The notes below the pieces were generated by a model that saw only the letters and a list, made by a program, of their open reading frames with translations, was not told the origin of the DNA and ran no database searches. Shown here piece after piece: positions 8,032 through 17,234 of a DNA stretch of 50,066 nucleotides. The position numbers and the translations under genes were made by a program. Origin of the DNA: an uncultured Eubacteriales bacterium (GTDB lineage Bacteria > Bacillota > Clostridia > TANB77 > RGIG9151); the NCBI GenBank assembly GCA_964631135.1, contig CAZVVZ010000001.1:1-50066 (forward strand). Direction: 5' to 3'. Positions within the stretch are counted from its first letter, which is position 1. Each line of letters starts with the position of its first letter.

Positions 8032-9327
8032 ATGAGAAGTAAGGATTTTATAAAAATGGGTCTAAAAAATCTTACTCGTAGAAAACTTAGAACATCGCTA
8101 ACGGTATTAGGAGTAGTAATAGGTACTTTCTCTATTGTTGTAATGATGTCTTTAGGAATAGCTATGAGTAGCGGATTTGAAGAGCAAATAATGCAAATGG
8201 GAAGTTTGACGACTATAAATGTAAACAAATATTATAGTGCCGATACCGGAAATAGTGATGAATGGACACCTTATAAAGAAAAAGAATTAGACGATAATTT
8301 AATTACTAAATTAAAAGCAATTCCTCATGTTAAGGCAGTTACACCTATTCAGTACATGAGTGTAGAACTTATTTCCGGTAAATATGAGTCATGGTCAACT
8401 CTTTGTGGGATAGATCCAAGTGCATTTGATTATTTTGACTTTCCTGAGCTTGAGGAAGGAAGATATTTAACTTCCGATGACACCGATGAACTTCTTTATT
8501 CTGCAAATTCTACATACTTTTATAATCCAAAAGGTTCCAGCATGAGAAGTGATGGCGATGAGTTGGTTGATATTATGGAAGACAGAGTAAAGATGACGTT
8601 TAACTCGGGAGATGATACTAAAACTAAGTATTATACAGCTAAGTTTGTGGGTAAGATGACTGAAAGCAGCGGAGATAAAGACGGATACTTATATGTTAAT
8701 ATAGAGCAACTTAAGAAGTGGAAAAAAGAGTTAAAAAAAGCCGGAATAAAGACATATGATGACGATGGGTATTCTCAAATTTGGGTATCGGTTGATGATG
8801 TCGATAATGTTGAAGAAGTACAAGATCAGATAAAAGCCATGGAATATGGAACATATAGCTTAATAGATATGGTAAAGCCTATGCAAGAAACGTCTAATAC
8901 TTTACAGCTTATTTTAGGTGGAATCGGTGCAATTTCTATGTTAGTTTCGGCAATAGGCATTGCTAATACTATGGTAATGTCAATATATGAAAGGACAAAA
9001 GAAATTGGTGTTATGAAGGTACTGGGGTGCCTTATTTCGGACATTAAAAAGCTATTCCTATTTGAAGCCAGTATGATAGGGCTCATTGGAGGAGCTTTAG
9101 GTGTTGGACTAAGTTATTTAGCTTCTTACTTTATGAATAAATATTCTAATCAAATTGGAGAAGCTTTAGGTATAGGCAGTAGCGGAAGCAAAATTTCTAT
9201 TATTCCGGCATGGCTGGTATTGCTAGCTTTAGGCTTTGCAATGCTGGTTGGAATTATTTCAGGATATTATCCTGCAAAAAGAGCAACAAAGATAAAGGCA
9301 ATAGAGGCTTTAAGAGAGTCAAATTAA
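8032..9327 (+). CDS. ABC transporter permease, FtsX/MacB family with large extracytoplasmic domain
   Basis: 431 aa. An N-terminal TM helix is followed by a ~250-aa loop and three C-terminal TM helices. Motifs include ERTKEIGVMKVLG and YYPAKRATKIKAIEALR. Confidence 0.85.
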   Translation: MRSKDFIKMGLKNLTRRKLRTSLTVLGVVIGTFSIVVMMSLGIAMSSGFEEQIMQMGSLTTINVNKYYSADTGNSDEWTPYKEKELDDNLITKLKAIPHVKAVTPIQYMSVELISGKYESWSTLCGIDPSAFDYFDFPELEEGRYLTSDDTDELLYSANSTYFYNPKGSSMRSDGDELVDIMEDRVKMTFNSGDDTKTKYYTAKFVGKMTESSGDKDGYLYVNIEQLKKWKKELKKAGIKTYDDDGYSQIWVSVDDVDNVEEVQDQIKAMEYGTYSLIDMVKPMQETSNTLQLILGGIGAISMLVSAIGIANTMVMSIYERTKEIGVMKVLGCLISDIKKLFLFEASMIGLIGGALGVGLSYLASYFMNKYSNQIGEALGIGSSGSKISIIPAWLVLLALGFAMLVGIISGYYPAKRATKIKAIEALRESN

Positions 9328-9347
9328 AAAGTTTGCATTATGCTAAA

Positions 9348-9596
9348 TTTTTAATGTAATAGAAAATTTCTACAAAAAAGCGAATAAAACGAGCAATAAA
9401 ATGGGTTATAAAAAGCTCTCCTAAATAGACGTTCAGATTGCTGTAAAAAAGTACTATATATGTTTTATCAGAACTCAGGATTTGCGACGGAAGACTTTAA
9501 AAAAATATGGGAAGTCTTTCGGCAAATATTCGTTCCTTTTAAAACATATATAGTACTTTTTTACAGCTACCAAAAAAGATACCTTAATATTTTGAC
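9348..9596 (+). repeat. M3 repeated module, copy X, interrupted by T1 copy C
   Basis: The 5' part tttttaatgtaatagaaaatttctacaaaaaagcga...gagcaataaaa and the 3' part taccaaaaaagataccttaatattttg match 18548-18621 and 46881-46972. Confidence 0.6.
9440..9567 (+). repeat. T1 long-hairpin repeat, copy C, forward
   Basis: gctgtaaaaaagtactatatatgttttatcagaactcaggatttgcgacggaagactt ... aagtctttcggcaaatattcgttccttttaaaacatatatagtacttttttacagc. This is a 128-bp foldback with copy-specific outer arms. Confidence 0.9.
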
Positions 9597-9619
9597 GTGG
9601 ACAAAGTCCACATTTTTTT
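9597..9619 (+). terminator. Rho-independent terminator candidate
   Basis: gtggac-aaa-gtccac followed by attttttt, downstream of the ABC permease and upstream of the marR promoter. Confidence 0.55.
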
Positions 9620-9625
9620 AACCCA

Positions 9626-9654
9626 TTGACAAACGTTTTCTTATGTGATAATGT
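9626..9654 (+). promoter_or_regulatory. Candidate sigma-A promoter of the fab operon (TTGACA-N17-TGaTAATGT)
   Basis: Perfect -35 ttgaca at 9626-9631, 17-nt spacer, extended -10 tgataatgt. Confidence 0.55.
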
Positions 9655-9708
9655 AATTTAAAGTTAAAATAGTTTTAATATCAAACATTTCAGAAAGGAG
9701 TGTAAAAA

Positions 9709-10170
9709 TTGACTGAGCAGCAGCAAGAGAAGTTAAATGATTTTTTTGTTGGAGTATTTAATCAGATTTTAGCTTGGGAAGGACAGACAATAAGAAATAT
9801 CGGAGTTCAGGATTTATCAATTCGTGAACTTCATGTTATAGAAGCTGTATCAGACCTTTATAAGGTTGAAAAAAATACTATGGCCAATATTGCAAAACAT
9901 ATTTCTGTATCACGTGGAGCATTATCTGTTTCTGTAAATGGTTTGGTAAATAAAGGGTACTTGGAGAGAAGTTACACAGAAAAAGATAGAAGAGTTATTT
10001 ATATAAACGTTACAGAAAAGGGCAGAAAAGTAAATGAAATTCACGAAGCTTTTCACTATGAAATGGTAAAATCTATAGGTGAGCAGTTAGATGATGAGCA
10101 GTTAAAAACACTATTATTGGCATTAGATAAACTAAAAGAATTTTTTAAAGGAAAAATTACTCAGAATTAA
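9709..10170 (+). CDS. MarR-family transcriptional regulator heading the fab operon (FabT-like by position)
   Basis: 153 aa. TTG start 7 nt after gaaaggag. Winged-HTH region TMANIAKHISVSRGALSVSVNGLVNKGYLER. It sits immediately upstream of the fab genes. Confidence 0.75.
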   Translation: MTEQQQEKLNDFFVGVFNQILAWEGQTIRNIGVQDLSIRELHVIEAVSDLYKVEKNTMANIAKHISVSRGALSVSVNGLVNKGYLERSYTEKDRRVIYINVTEKGRKVNEIHEAFHYEMVKSIGEQLDDEQLKTLLLALDKLKEFFKGKITQN

Positions 10171-10272
10171 ATTAACTTTTGTAATGCAAAAGCAGGTAAA
10201 ACGACTTGTACTTTAGTTAAGTGCATAGAAGAGAATAAGTAGAAGCACTTTCAATTCAAAGAGGGGAAAAAT

Positions 10273-11928
10273 ATGGAGACATTATACAAAAAGTTTTGTA
10301 AAGAAAAATTTGATGAAAAAGGGGAATTGATAGATTTTGAAATAAACTGCCCATCAAATTTTAATTTTGCTTATGATGTAGTGGATAGTTTAGGAAAAAA
10401 TTACCCCGATAAAATTGCTTTAAGATGGTGTAATGTTATGGGCGAGAAAAAAGATATTACATTTAAAGAAATTATGGATTTATCCAATAAAGCAGCTAAC
10501 TTCTTTATTTCAGAGGGGATAAAAAAAGGCGATAAAGTAATGCTTATGCTAAAAAGGCATTATGAATACTGGTATGTTCTTTTGGCATTACACAAAATAG
10601 GCGCTGTAGCAATTCCGGCAACACATATGCTTACATATAAAGACATTGTATACAGAGTAGAATCTGCAGATGTTAAAGCTATTGTTTGCACTTCTGAAAA
10701 TGACGTACATAATTTTATACTGGCTGCTAAGGACCACTGCGAATCGTTAGAGAAGCTATATAATGTAAGAAAGGACTTGCCGGGATTTATAAGATTAGAT
10801 AAGGAAATTGAAAAATGCAGTGATAAATTAAAAAGAATAGAAAATTCATCTGAGGATCCGTTTTTAATGTATTTTACTTCGGGAACAACAGGGTATCCGA
10901 AAGGTGTAATACATAATTATTCTTATCCGTTAGCTCATATTATTACAGCAGTTTATTGGCAGAATGTCCAAAATAATGGTTTACATCTTACCGTTGCAGA
11001 TACAGGTTGGGCAAAAGCTTCATGGGGAAAGATATATGGTCAGTGGTTAGCCGGCTCAGCTGTAATGGTATACGACTTTGATAAATTTATACCGAAGGAT
11101 TTACTTGGAATTATTGAGAAATATAAAGTTACTACTTTTTGTGCACCTCCTACAATATATAGATTTTTAGTTAAAGAAGAGTTAGATAAATATGATTTAT
11201 CATCTCTAAAGTATGCTACAAGTGCAGGGGAAGCAGTTAATCCGGAAATACTTAAAAATTTTAAAGAACATACAGGTCTTACAATAATGGAAGGATTTGG
11301 TCAGACGGAATCTACATTGATTATTGCCAATTTAAAAGGACAAAAAACCAAACTTGGTTCTATTGGACGTCCAACTCCGCTATATGATGTTAAAATTGTT
11401 GATGATGACGGAAATGAATCGGATTATGGCGAAATAGTTGTTGTACCGAGAAAAGACAGAAAACAGTATGGAATTTTTTGCAAATATAATAAAGATGATG
11501 AACTATATAAGGAAGTATGGAAAAACGGTGTGTACCACACAAAAGATATTGCGAGACGTGATGAAGATGGGTACTTTTGGTACGAAGGAAGAAAAGACGA
11601 CATAATAAAATCCAGTGGATATAGAATAGGACCTTTTGAAGTTGAAAATGTTCTGATGCAACATAAAAGTGTATTGGAATGTGCAGTTACGGGGGTACCT
11701 GATGCTATAAGAGGGACGGTCGTTAAAGCTACTGTAGTGCTTGCAAATAAATATTTACCGACTCCTGAGTTGGCAAAAGAATTACAGGAATTTGTGAAAA
11801 AAAACACAGCACCTTATAAGTATCCAAGAGTAGTTGAATTTGTAAGTGAATTGCCAAAAACGATAAGCGGCAAAACTAAAAGGATTGATATAAAAAACAA
11901 TTTACACAATCCTATAGTGCATGTATAG
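10273..11928 (+). CDS. AMP-dependent acyl-CoA/acyl-ACP synthetase (medium-chain acyl-CoA synthetase-like)
   Basis: 551 aa. AMP-binding motif YFTSGTTGYPKGV, plus EGFGQTE, GYFWYEGRKDDIIKSSGYRIGPFEVE and the C-terminal PKTISGKTKR lysine motif. Confidence 0.85.
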   Translation: METLYKKFCKEKFDEKGELIDFEINCPSNFNFAYDVVDSLGKNYPDKIALRWCNVMGEKKDITFKEIMDLSNKAANFFISEGIKKGDKVMLMLKRHYEYWYVLLALHKIGAVAIPATHMLTYKDIVYRVESADVKAIVCTSENDVHNFILAAKDHCESLEKLYNVRKDLPGFIRLDKEIEKCSDKLKRIENSSEDPFLMYFTSGTTGYPKGVIHNYSYPLAHIITAVYWQNVQNNGLHLTVADTGWAKASWGKIYGQWLAGSAVMVYDFDKFIPKDLLGIIEKYKVTTFCAPPTIYRFLVKEELDKYDLSSLKYATSAGEAVNPEILKNFKEHTGLTIMEGFGQTESTLIIANLKGQKTKLGSIGRPTPLYDVKIVDDDGNESDYGEIVVVPRKDRKQYGIFCKYNKDDELYKEVWKNGVYHTKDIARRDEDGYFWYEGRKDDIIKSSGYRIGPFEVENVLMQHKSVLECAVTGVPDAIRGTVVKATVVLANKYLPTPELAKELQEFVKKNTAPYKYPRVVEFVSELPKTISGKTKRIDIKNNLHNPIVHV

Positions 11929-11950
11929 AGTTGAAAGAGAGGGGAGATTG

Positions 11951-12910
11951 ATGAGTTTTAATATAATAGGAACAGGAAGTGCATATCCAAAGAAAGTAGT
12001 AAAGAATGATGATTTAGCGATTTTTTTAGACACAAGCGATGAATGGATTAGAACCAGAACAGGAATTGGGGAAAGAAGAGTATGCACAGACGAAAACATG
12101 AATGATTTAGCTGTTATTTCAGCTAAAAAGGCATTAGAGAATGCTAATATTTTGGCAGAAGACGTTGACTTAATTATTTGTGCAACGTTAGGCGGAGACT
12201 TTGTTACACCGTCTACCGCATGCTATATACAAAAAGAAATTGGAGCAAAGTGTCCGGCATTTGATGTAAATGCGGCATGTTCAGGTTTTATATATGCGAT
12301 GGATATAGCTTGCGGATACTTTTCAAGAGGTAAAGTTAAGAATGTTTTAATTACCGTAGCTGAATGTATGTCAAGTTTATTGGACTGGGAAGACAGATCT
12401 ACATGTGTACTTTTTGGAGATGCTACAGCTTCTGTTGTTCTGGAAGAAGGTGACGGGCTAAAGTCAATATATACTTCTGCGACAGGAAACAATAATGTCT
12501 TGAGAATAAAAGATTTAAGGCAAAATACCCCATGGAAAGAAAATAAAAATAGTGAAAAAGGTTTGTATATGAATGGACAGGAAGTGTTTAAATTTGCTGT
12601 ATCATCTATGGTGAGAGATGTAAGAAGAGTTATAAAAGAAGCCGGACTGAAAGAAGAAGATGTAGACGTTGTCCTTCCTCATCAGGCCAATATGCGAATA
12701 ATTGATTTTGCGAAAGAAAAACTAAACATTCCAAAAGACAGGTACTATACAAACATAGAGAGATTTGGCAATACATCCGCTGTTGGAATTCCACTTTTAT
12801 TGGATGAATTAAATAATATGGGAAAACTTAATAAGGGCGATATTATTGTGATGTCAGCTTTTGGAGGGGGATTAACCAGCGGTGCATGTATAATAAAATG
12901 GAATAAATAG
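11951..12910 (+). CDS. fabH: 3-oxoacyl-ACP synthase III
   Basis: The start is taken at MSFNIIGTGS, preceded by gagaggggag. Active-site context is NAACSGF; later motifs are HQANMRI and GNTSA. Confidence 0.9.
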   Translation: MSFNIIGTGSAYPKKVVKNDDLAIFLDTSDEWIRTRTGIGERRVCTDENMNDLAVISAKKALENANILAEDVDLIICATLGGDFVTPSTACYIQKEIGAKCPAFDVNAACSGFIYAMDIACGYFSRGKVKNVLITVAECMSSLLDWEDRSTCVLFGDATASVVLEEGDGLKSIYTSATGNNNVLRIKDLRQNTPWKENKNSEKGLYMNGQEVFKFAVSSMVRDVRRVIKEAGLKEEDVDVVLPHQANMRIIDFAKEKLNIPKDRYYTNIERFGNTSAVGIPLLLDELNNMGKLNKGDIIVMSAFGGGLTSGACIIKWNK

Positions 12911-12921
12911 GAGGTAATTTT

Positions 12922-13869
12922 ATGGTAAAAACTAAAATTTGTGAATTATTAGACATTGAATATCCGATTTTTCAAGGAGGAATGGCATGGATTGCTGATG
13001 CGGATTTAGCTGCTGCAGTGTCAAATGCCGGCGGACTTGGAATAATATCTGCAATGAATGCTAATGCAGAATGGCTAAAAAGTCAGATTGATAAAGCAAG
13101 ATCATTAACTGATAAGCCATTTGGTGTAAATATTATGCTTATGAGTCCATTTGCTGATGAAGTTGCACAATTAGTCGCAGATGAAAAGATAAAGGTTGTT
13201 ACGACGGGTGCAGGTGATCCTTCAAAATATATGGACATGTGGAATAAAGCAGGAGTAAAAGTTATTCCGGTTGTTGCATCTGTTGCTCTTGCAAAACTTG
13301 CTGAGAGAAACGGTGCGGTTGCTGTTATTGCCGAAGGAGGAGAATCAGGTGGACATATTGGCGAACTTTCCACTATGACATTAGTTCCTCAAGTAAAGGA
13401 TGCAGTTACTATTCCTGTAATTGCAGCCGGCGGAATTGGAGACGGAAGAGGTGTTGCGGCAGCATTTATGCTGGGAGCAGAAGGAGTACAGCTTGGTACA
13501 AGGTTTTTGGTTGCGACAGAATGCAATGTTCACCCAAATTATAAGAAAAAAATAATTGCAGCAAAAGATAGAGATACAATTACAACAGGAAAGCGACTAG
13601 GCCATCCTGTACGTTCTCTTAAAAACCCATATTCAAGAGAATTCTTTAAGAAAGAATATGATACAACTATTTCTAATGAAGAATTGGAGCTGTTTGGCAG
13701 AGGGTCTTTAAGAAGAGCGGCAGTAGACGGAGATGAAAAAACAGGATGCTTTTTAGCAGGTCAGATTGCTGCCATGGTTAAAAAAGAACAACCTGCAAAA
13801 GAAATAATTGAAGAAATATTCAGTGAAGCAGATGAAATACTGGGTGGTGCAGGCAAATGGGTAAAATAG
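12922..13869 (+). CDS. fabK: Enoyl-ACP reductase II (FMN-dependent, nitronate monooxygenase fold)
   Basis: 315 aa with IFQGGMAWI, GGESGGHIG and IAAGGIGDGRG. It lies between fabH and fabD. Confidence 0.85.
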   Translation: MVKTKICELLDIEYPIFQGGMAWIADADLAAAVSNAGGLGIISAMNANAEWLKSQIDKARSLTDKPFGVNIMLMSPFADEVAQLVADEKIKVVTTGAGDPSKYMDMWNKAGVKVIPVVASVALAKLAERNGAVAVIAEGGESGGHIGELSTMTLVPQVKDAVTIPVIAAGGIGDGRGVAAAFMLGAEGVQLGTRFLVATECNVHPNYKKKIIAAKDRDTITTGKRLGHPVRSLKNPYSREFFKKEYDTTISNEELELFGRGSLRRAAVDGDEKTGCFLAGQIAAMVKKEQPAKEIIEEIFSEADEILGGAGKWVK

Positions 13870-14786
13870 CTTTTGTATTTCCGGGTCAAGGCACACAATA
13901 TACCGGAATGGGAAAAGATATATATGAAAACAATTTAGTAGCAAGAGATGTTTTTAATCAGATAGAAGAAGTAAGACCCAACACAATAAAACAGTGCTTT
14001 GAAAGTGATATTTCGGAACTGTCGATAACAGAGAATACCCAGCCTTGTATTTTTGCAGTAGAAATGTCATTAGCTTGTGCATTAAAATCAGCAGGAATAG
14101 AGCCTGATTGCTTGGCCGGTTTTTCTTTAGGAGAGGTAACAGCATTAACTTTTTCTAATATTCTGTCTTTTAATGATGGAATAAAGTTTATATGTAAAAG
14201 GGCAGAGTATATGCAGTCAGCTATTAAGAAGATTGATACGGGAATGATAGCTGTAATGAAACTAGATAATAAAACAGTTGAGGATATTGCTGAAAAGTTT
14301 ACTTCCGTTTTTCCTGTAAATTATAATTGCCCGGGGCAGTTGGTTGTTGCAGGGGATAAATCCCAGCTTGAAGACTTTTCAAAGGCTATAGATGAAAAAG
14401 GCGGAAAGTCTGTATTATTAAAAGTAAGTGGCGGATTTCATTCTCCGTTCATGGAAGAAGCATCTAACAAGATTTTAGAGGAATTAAATAATATTAAATT
14501 TAATTTGCCAAAATACCAAGTTTATTCAAACTATACTTCCAAGGTATATACAGATGATGTAAAAACACTTTTAGCTATGCAGGTTAAAAAACCGGTGCTG
14601 TGGGAGAACACAATCAATAATATGATAGATGACGGAGTTGACACATTTATAGAAGTAGGGCCGGGCAAAGTTTTATCCGGGTTAATTAAAAAAATAAACA
14701 AAGAGGTTAATTTATACAACGTTGAGGATAATATTACATTAAAAAGCGTTGTTGACCGTTTAGGTACATTAAATAGGGAGGGCTGA
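13857..14786 (+). CDS. fabD: Malonyl-CoA:ACP transacylase
   Basis: FVFPGQGTQY and GFSLGE active-site serine motif, plus GGFHSPFM. It overlaps the fabK end by 13 nt. Confidence 0.9.
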   Translation: MGKIAFVFPGQGTQYTGMGKDIYENNLVARDVFNQIEEVRPNTIKQCFESDISELSITENTQPCIFAVEMSLACALKSAGIEPDCLAGFSLGEVTALTFSNILSFNDGIKFICKRAEYMQSAIKKIDTGMIAVMKLDNKTVEDIAEKFTSVFPVNYNCPGQLVVAGDKSQLEDFSKAIDEKGGKSVLLKVSGGFHSPFMEEASNKILEELNNIKFNLPKYQVYSNYTSKVYTDDVKTLLAMQVKKPVLWENTINNMIDDGVDTFIEVGPGKVLSGLIKKINKEVNLYNVEDNITLKSVVDRLGTLNREG

Positions 14787-14788
14787 TA

Positions 14789-15529
14789 ATGCTAAAAGAA
14801 AGAGTAGCTATTATAACAGGTGCATCACGAGGGATAGGCAGAGCTATTGCATTGGAGATGGCTCAAAACGGAGCAAACGTTGCAATAATATATGCCGGAA
14901 ATAAAGATAAAGCTGAAGAGGCTAAAAAAGCCGCAGAAGAATTTGGAGTAAGAGCCGGTATATATAAATGTGATGTTGCGAATTTTGAAGAGGTAACAGA
15001 ATGTGTTAAAAATATAGTAAATGATTTCGGCAAGGTTGATATACTAGTAAATAATGCCGGAGTTACAAAAGATTCTTTGGTTTTGTCAATGAACGAAAGT
15101 GATTTTTCGTTAGTTGTTGATACCAATCTAAAGGGAGCTTTTAACATGATTAAGCAGGTATATCCTTTATTTATGAAACAAAGAAAAGGAAGAATTATCA
15201 ATATTTCTTCAGTTTCCGGACTTACAGGAAATGCCGGCCAGGCTAATTATTCTGCTTCAAAAGCTGGAATTGTGGGCCTTACAAAAACAGTTGCGAAAGA
15301 ACTTGCAGCAAGAGGAGTTACTTGTAATGCCATTGCACCGGGATTTATAGAAACAGATATGACAGATAAGTTATCGGATAAGGTAAAAGAAGCAGCAGTT
15401 TCAGCTATACCTATGAAAAAAATGGGAAAGCCTAGTGATATAGCACATATGGCCACATTCCTGGCGAGTGACAATGCAGGATATATAACCGGTGAAGTAA
15501 TTCGTGTTGACGGTGGAATTGCTATGTAA
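14789..15529 (+). CDS. fabG: 3-oxoacyl-ACP reductase
   Basis: SDR motifs TGASRGIG, NNAG and YSASKAG. 246 aa. Confidence 0.9.
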   Translation: MLKERVAIITGASRGIGRAIALEMAQNGANVAIIYAGNKDKAEEAKKAAEEFGVRAGIYKCDVANFEEVTECVKNIVNDFGKVDILVNNAGVTKDSLVLSMNESDFSLVVDTNLKGAFNMIKQVYPLFMKQRKGRIINISSVSGLTGNAGQANYSASKAGIVGLTKTVAKELAARGVTCNAIAPGFIETDMTDKLSDKVKEAAVSAIPMKKMGKPSDIAHMATFLASDNAGYITGEVIRVDGGIAM

Positions 15530-15541
15530 TTTGTAAAGGAG

Positions 15542-16780
15542 ATGAAAAATTTGAATCGAGTTGTTGTTACGGGTTTGGGAGCAATTACTCCTATAGGGAA
15601 TAATGTTACTGATTTTTGGGCCGGACTTGTTTCCGGTAAATGCGGAATAGATTATATTACAAAATGTGATACGACAGACTTAAAAGTTAAAGTAGCAGCG
15701 GAAGTAAAAAATTTTGAACCAAGTGAATATATAGAGAAAAATTTAATTAGAAAAACAGATATGTTTACTCAGTATGCTTTAGCTGCAACAGCACAAGCAG
15801 TTAGTGATGCTAACCTTAAAGACTATAATCCGGAAGATTTAGCCGTATATTATGGCTCCGGCATTGGTGGCCTATCTACTTTTATGAAAAATTATGAGAA
15901 ATTTTTAGAAGGTGGCTCAAAAAAAGTATCTCCGTTTATGATTCCTATGATGATTTCTAATATTGCCGGCGGCAATATTGCTATAAAATATAATGCGCAG
16001 GGACCTTGTGTTACCGTAGTGTCAGCTTGTGCTACAGGAACTAATAGCATAGGTGAAGCCTATCGTGCAATTAAAGACGGATATATAAAGGCTGCGATAG
16101 CCGGAGGAGCTGAAGCAACAATTCAGCCTGTAAACATTTCGGGTTTCGCAAATTGCATGGCATTATCTACCAGAAATATACCTGATGAAGCATCTATTCC
16201 TTTTGACAAGAGAAGAGATGGATTTGTTATGGGAGAAGGTGCAGGTACGGTTATTCTAGAAGAATATGAATATGCAAAAGCAAGAGGAGCTAAGATTTAT
16301 GCGGAAATTGTGGGATATGGCAATACTTGTGATGCATATCATATGACAGCACCGGAGCCTAATGGAACGGGTGCGGCAAATTCTATAAAAATGGCGATTA
16401 AAGATTTAAATATAACTGATGATACAAAGATATATATAAATGCTCACGGAACAAGTACTCCGCTTAATGACAAAACAGAAACAAAAGCCATAAAGAAAGT
16501 ATTTGGCGAAAGAGCTAATTCGATTATGATAAGCTCTACAAAATCTATGACAGGCCATATGTTGGGTGCAGCAGGTGCTGTTGAAGCTATAGTTTGTATA
16601 AAGGCATTAAATGAGTCTATTGTACCACCTACAATTGGGTATAAGGAGAAAGACCCTGAATGTGATTTAGACTATGTACCGAATGTTGCAAGGAAAAGTA
16701 AAGTTGACTTAGCACTTTCTACTTCTTTAGGATTTGGCGGACATAACGGCTGTTTAGCATTTGTAAAGGAGGTTAGGTAG
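15542..16780 (+). CDS. fabF: 3-oxoacyl-ACP synthase II
   Basis: 412 aa with VVSACATG (active Cys), INAHGTSTPLND and GFGGHN. Confidence 0.9.
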   Translation: MKNLNRVVVTGLGAITPIGNNVTDFWAGLVSGKCGIDYITKCDTTDLKVKVAAEVKNFEPSEYIEKNLIRKTDMFTQYALAATAQAVSDANLKDYNPEDLAVYYGSGIGGLSTFMKNYEKFLEGGSKKVSPFMIPMMISNIAGGNIAIKYNAQGPCVTVVSACATGTNSIGEAYRAIKDGYIKAAIAGGAEATIQPVNISGFANCMALSTRNIPDEASIPFDKRRDGFVMGEGAGTVILEEYEYAKARGAKIYAEIVGYGNTCDAYHMTAPEPNGTGAANSIKMAIKDLNITDDTKIYINAHGTSTPLNDKTETKAIKKVFGERANSIMISSTKSMTGHMLGAAGAVEAIVCIKALNESIVPPTIGYKEKDPECDLDYVPNVARKSKVDLALSTSLGFGGHNGCLAFVKEVR

Positions 16781-16782
16781 AT

Positions 16783-17223
16783 ATGGAATTAAAAAAAGTA
16801 AGAGAATTAGTAAAAATAATGGAAGGTAATGACATAAGCACATTAGAACTTACTGAAGGTGATGTCAAGATTCGCCTTGAGAAAGGGAATTTAGGTCAAA
16901 TCAGCGAAACTAAGATAAATGGCAATTATGGAGTAAAAACAGGTGTACAAACTTTAGTAGCTGCAGAAAATTCAAGCAAAAAAGATAAAGGAATAGAAGT
17001 AAAATCTCCTATGGTCGGAGTATTTTATAAGTCTGCTTCTCCTACTTCCGAACCGTTTGTTAAGGTCGGGAGCAAAGTAAAAAAAGGTGATGTTTTATGC
17101 ATAATAGAGGCTATGAAGTTAATGAATGAAATTTATGCAGAGCAGGACGGTACTATATCTGAGGTTTGCTTAAATGACGGTGATGTAGCCGAGTATGCAC
17201 AAGTTTTGTTTAGAATAAACTGA
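16783..17223 (+). CDS. accB: Biotin carboxyl carrier protein of acetyl-CoA carboxylase
   Basis: 146 aa with biotinyl-lysine motif IEAMKLMNEI. Confidence 0.85.
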   Translation: MELKKVRELVKIMEGNDISTLELTEGDVKIRLEKGNLGQISETKINGNYGVKTGVQTLVAAENSSKKDKGIEVKSPMVGVFYKSASPTSEPFVKVGSKVKKGDVLCIIEAMKLMNEIYAEQDGTISEVCLNDGDVAEYAQVLFRIN

Positions 17224-17234
17224 GGTGGTGTGGT

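Noticed and set aside
11921-11950. Upstream-extended starts for fabH. The same issue applies to fabZ (20250-20294), the P-II-like gene (31037-31078), DUF1538-1 (29651-29677) and the TPR protein (25245-25259).
   Set aside because: In each case the internal ATG has a well-spaced SD and yields the canonical family N-terminus. The extensions overlap the upstream gene or lack an SD.
13083-13373. Numerous 60-140-aa antisense ORFs inside well-supported genes. Examples are 2976-3254, 6539-6871, 11424-11807, 13083-13373, 14863-15201, 36494-36841, 38584-38949, 43341-43769 and 46218-46643.
   Set aside because: Each is fully embedded antisense in a gene with clear family motifs. They lack SD sequences and have mirror-image composition typical of shadow ORFs.
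14787-15541. Search for an acpP gene within the fab cluster.
   Set aside because: No ~75-80-aa ORF with a DSL(D/E) phosphopantetheine motif exists in any spacer. The fabG-fabF gap is only 12 nt. acpP is presumably elsewhere in the genome.
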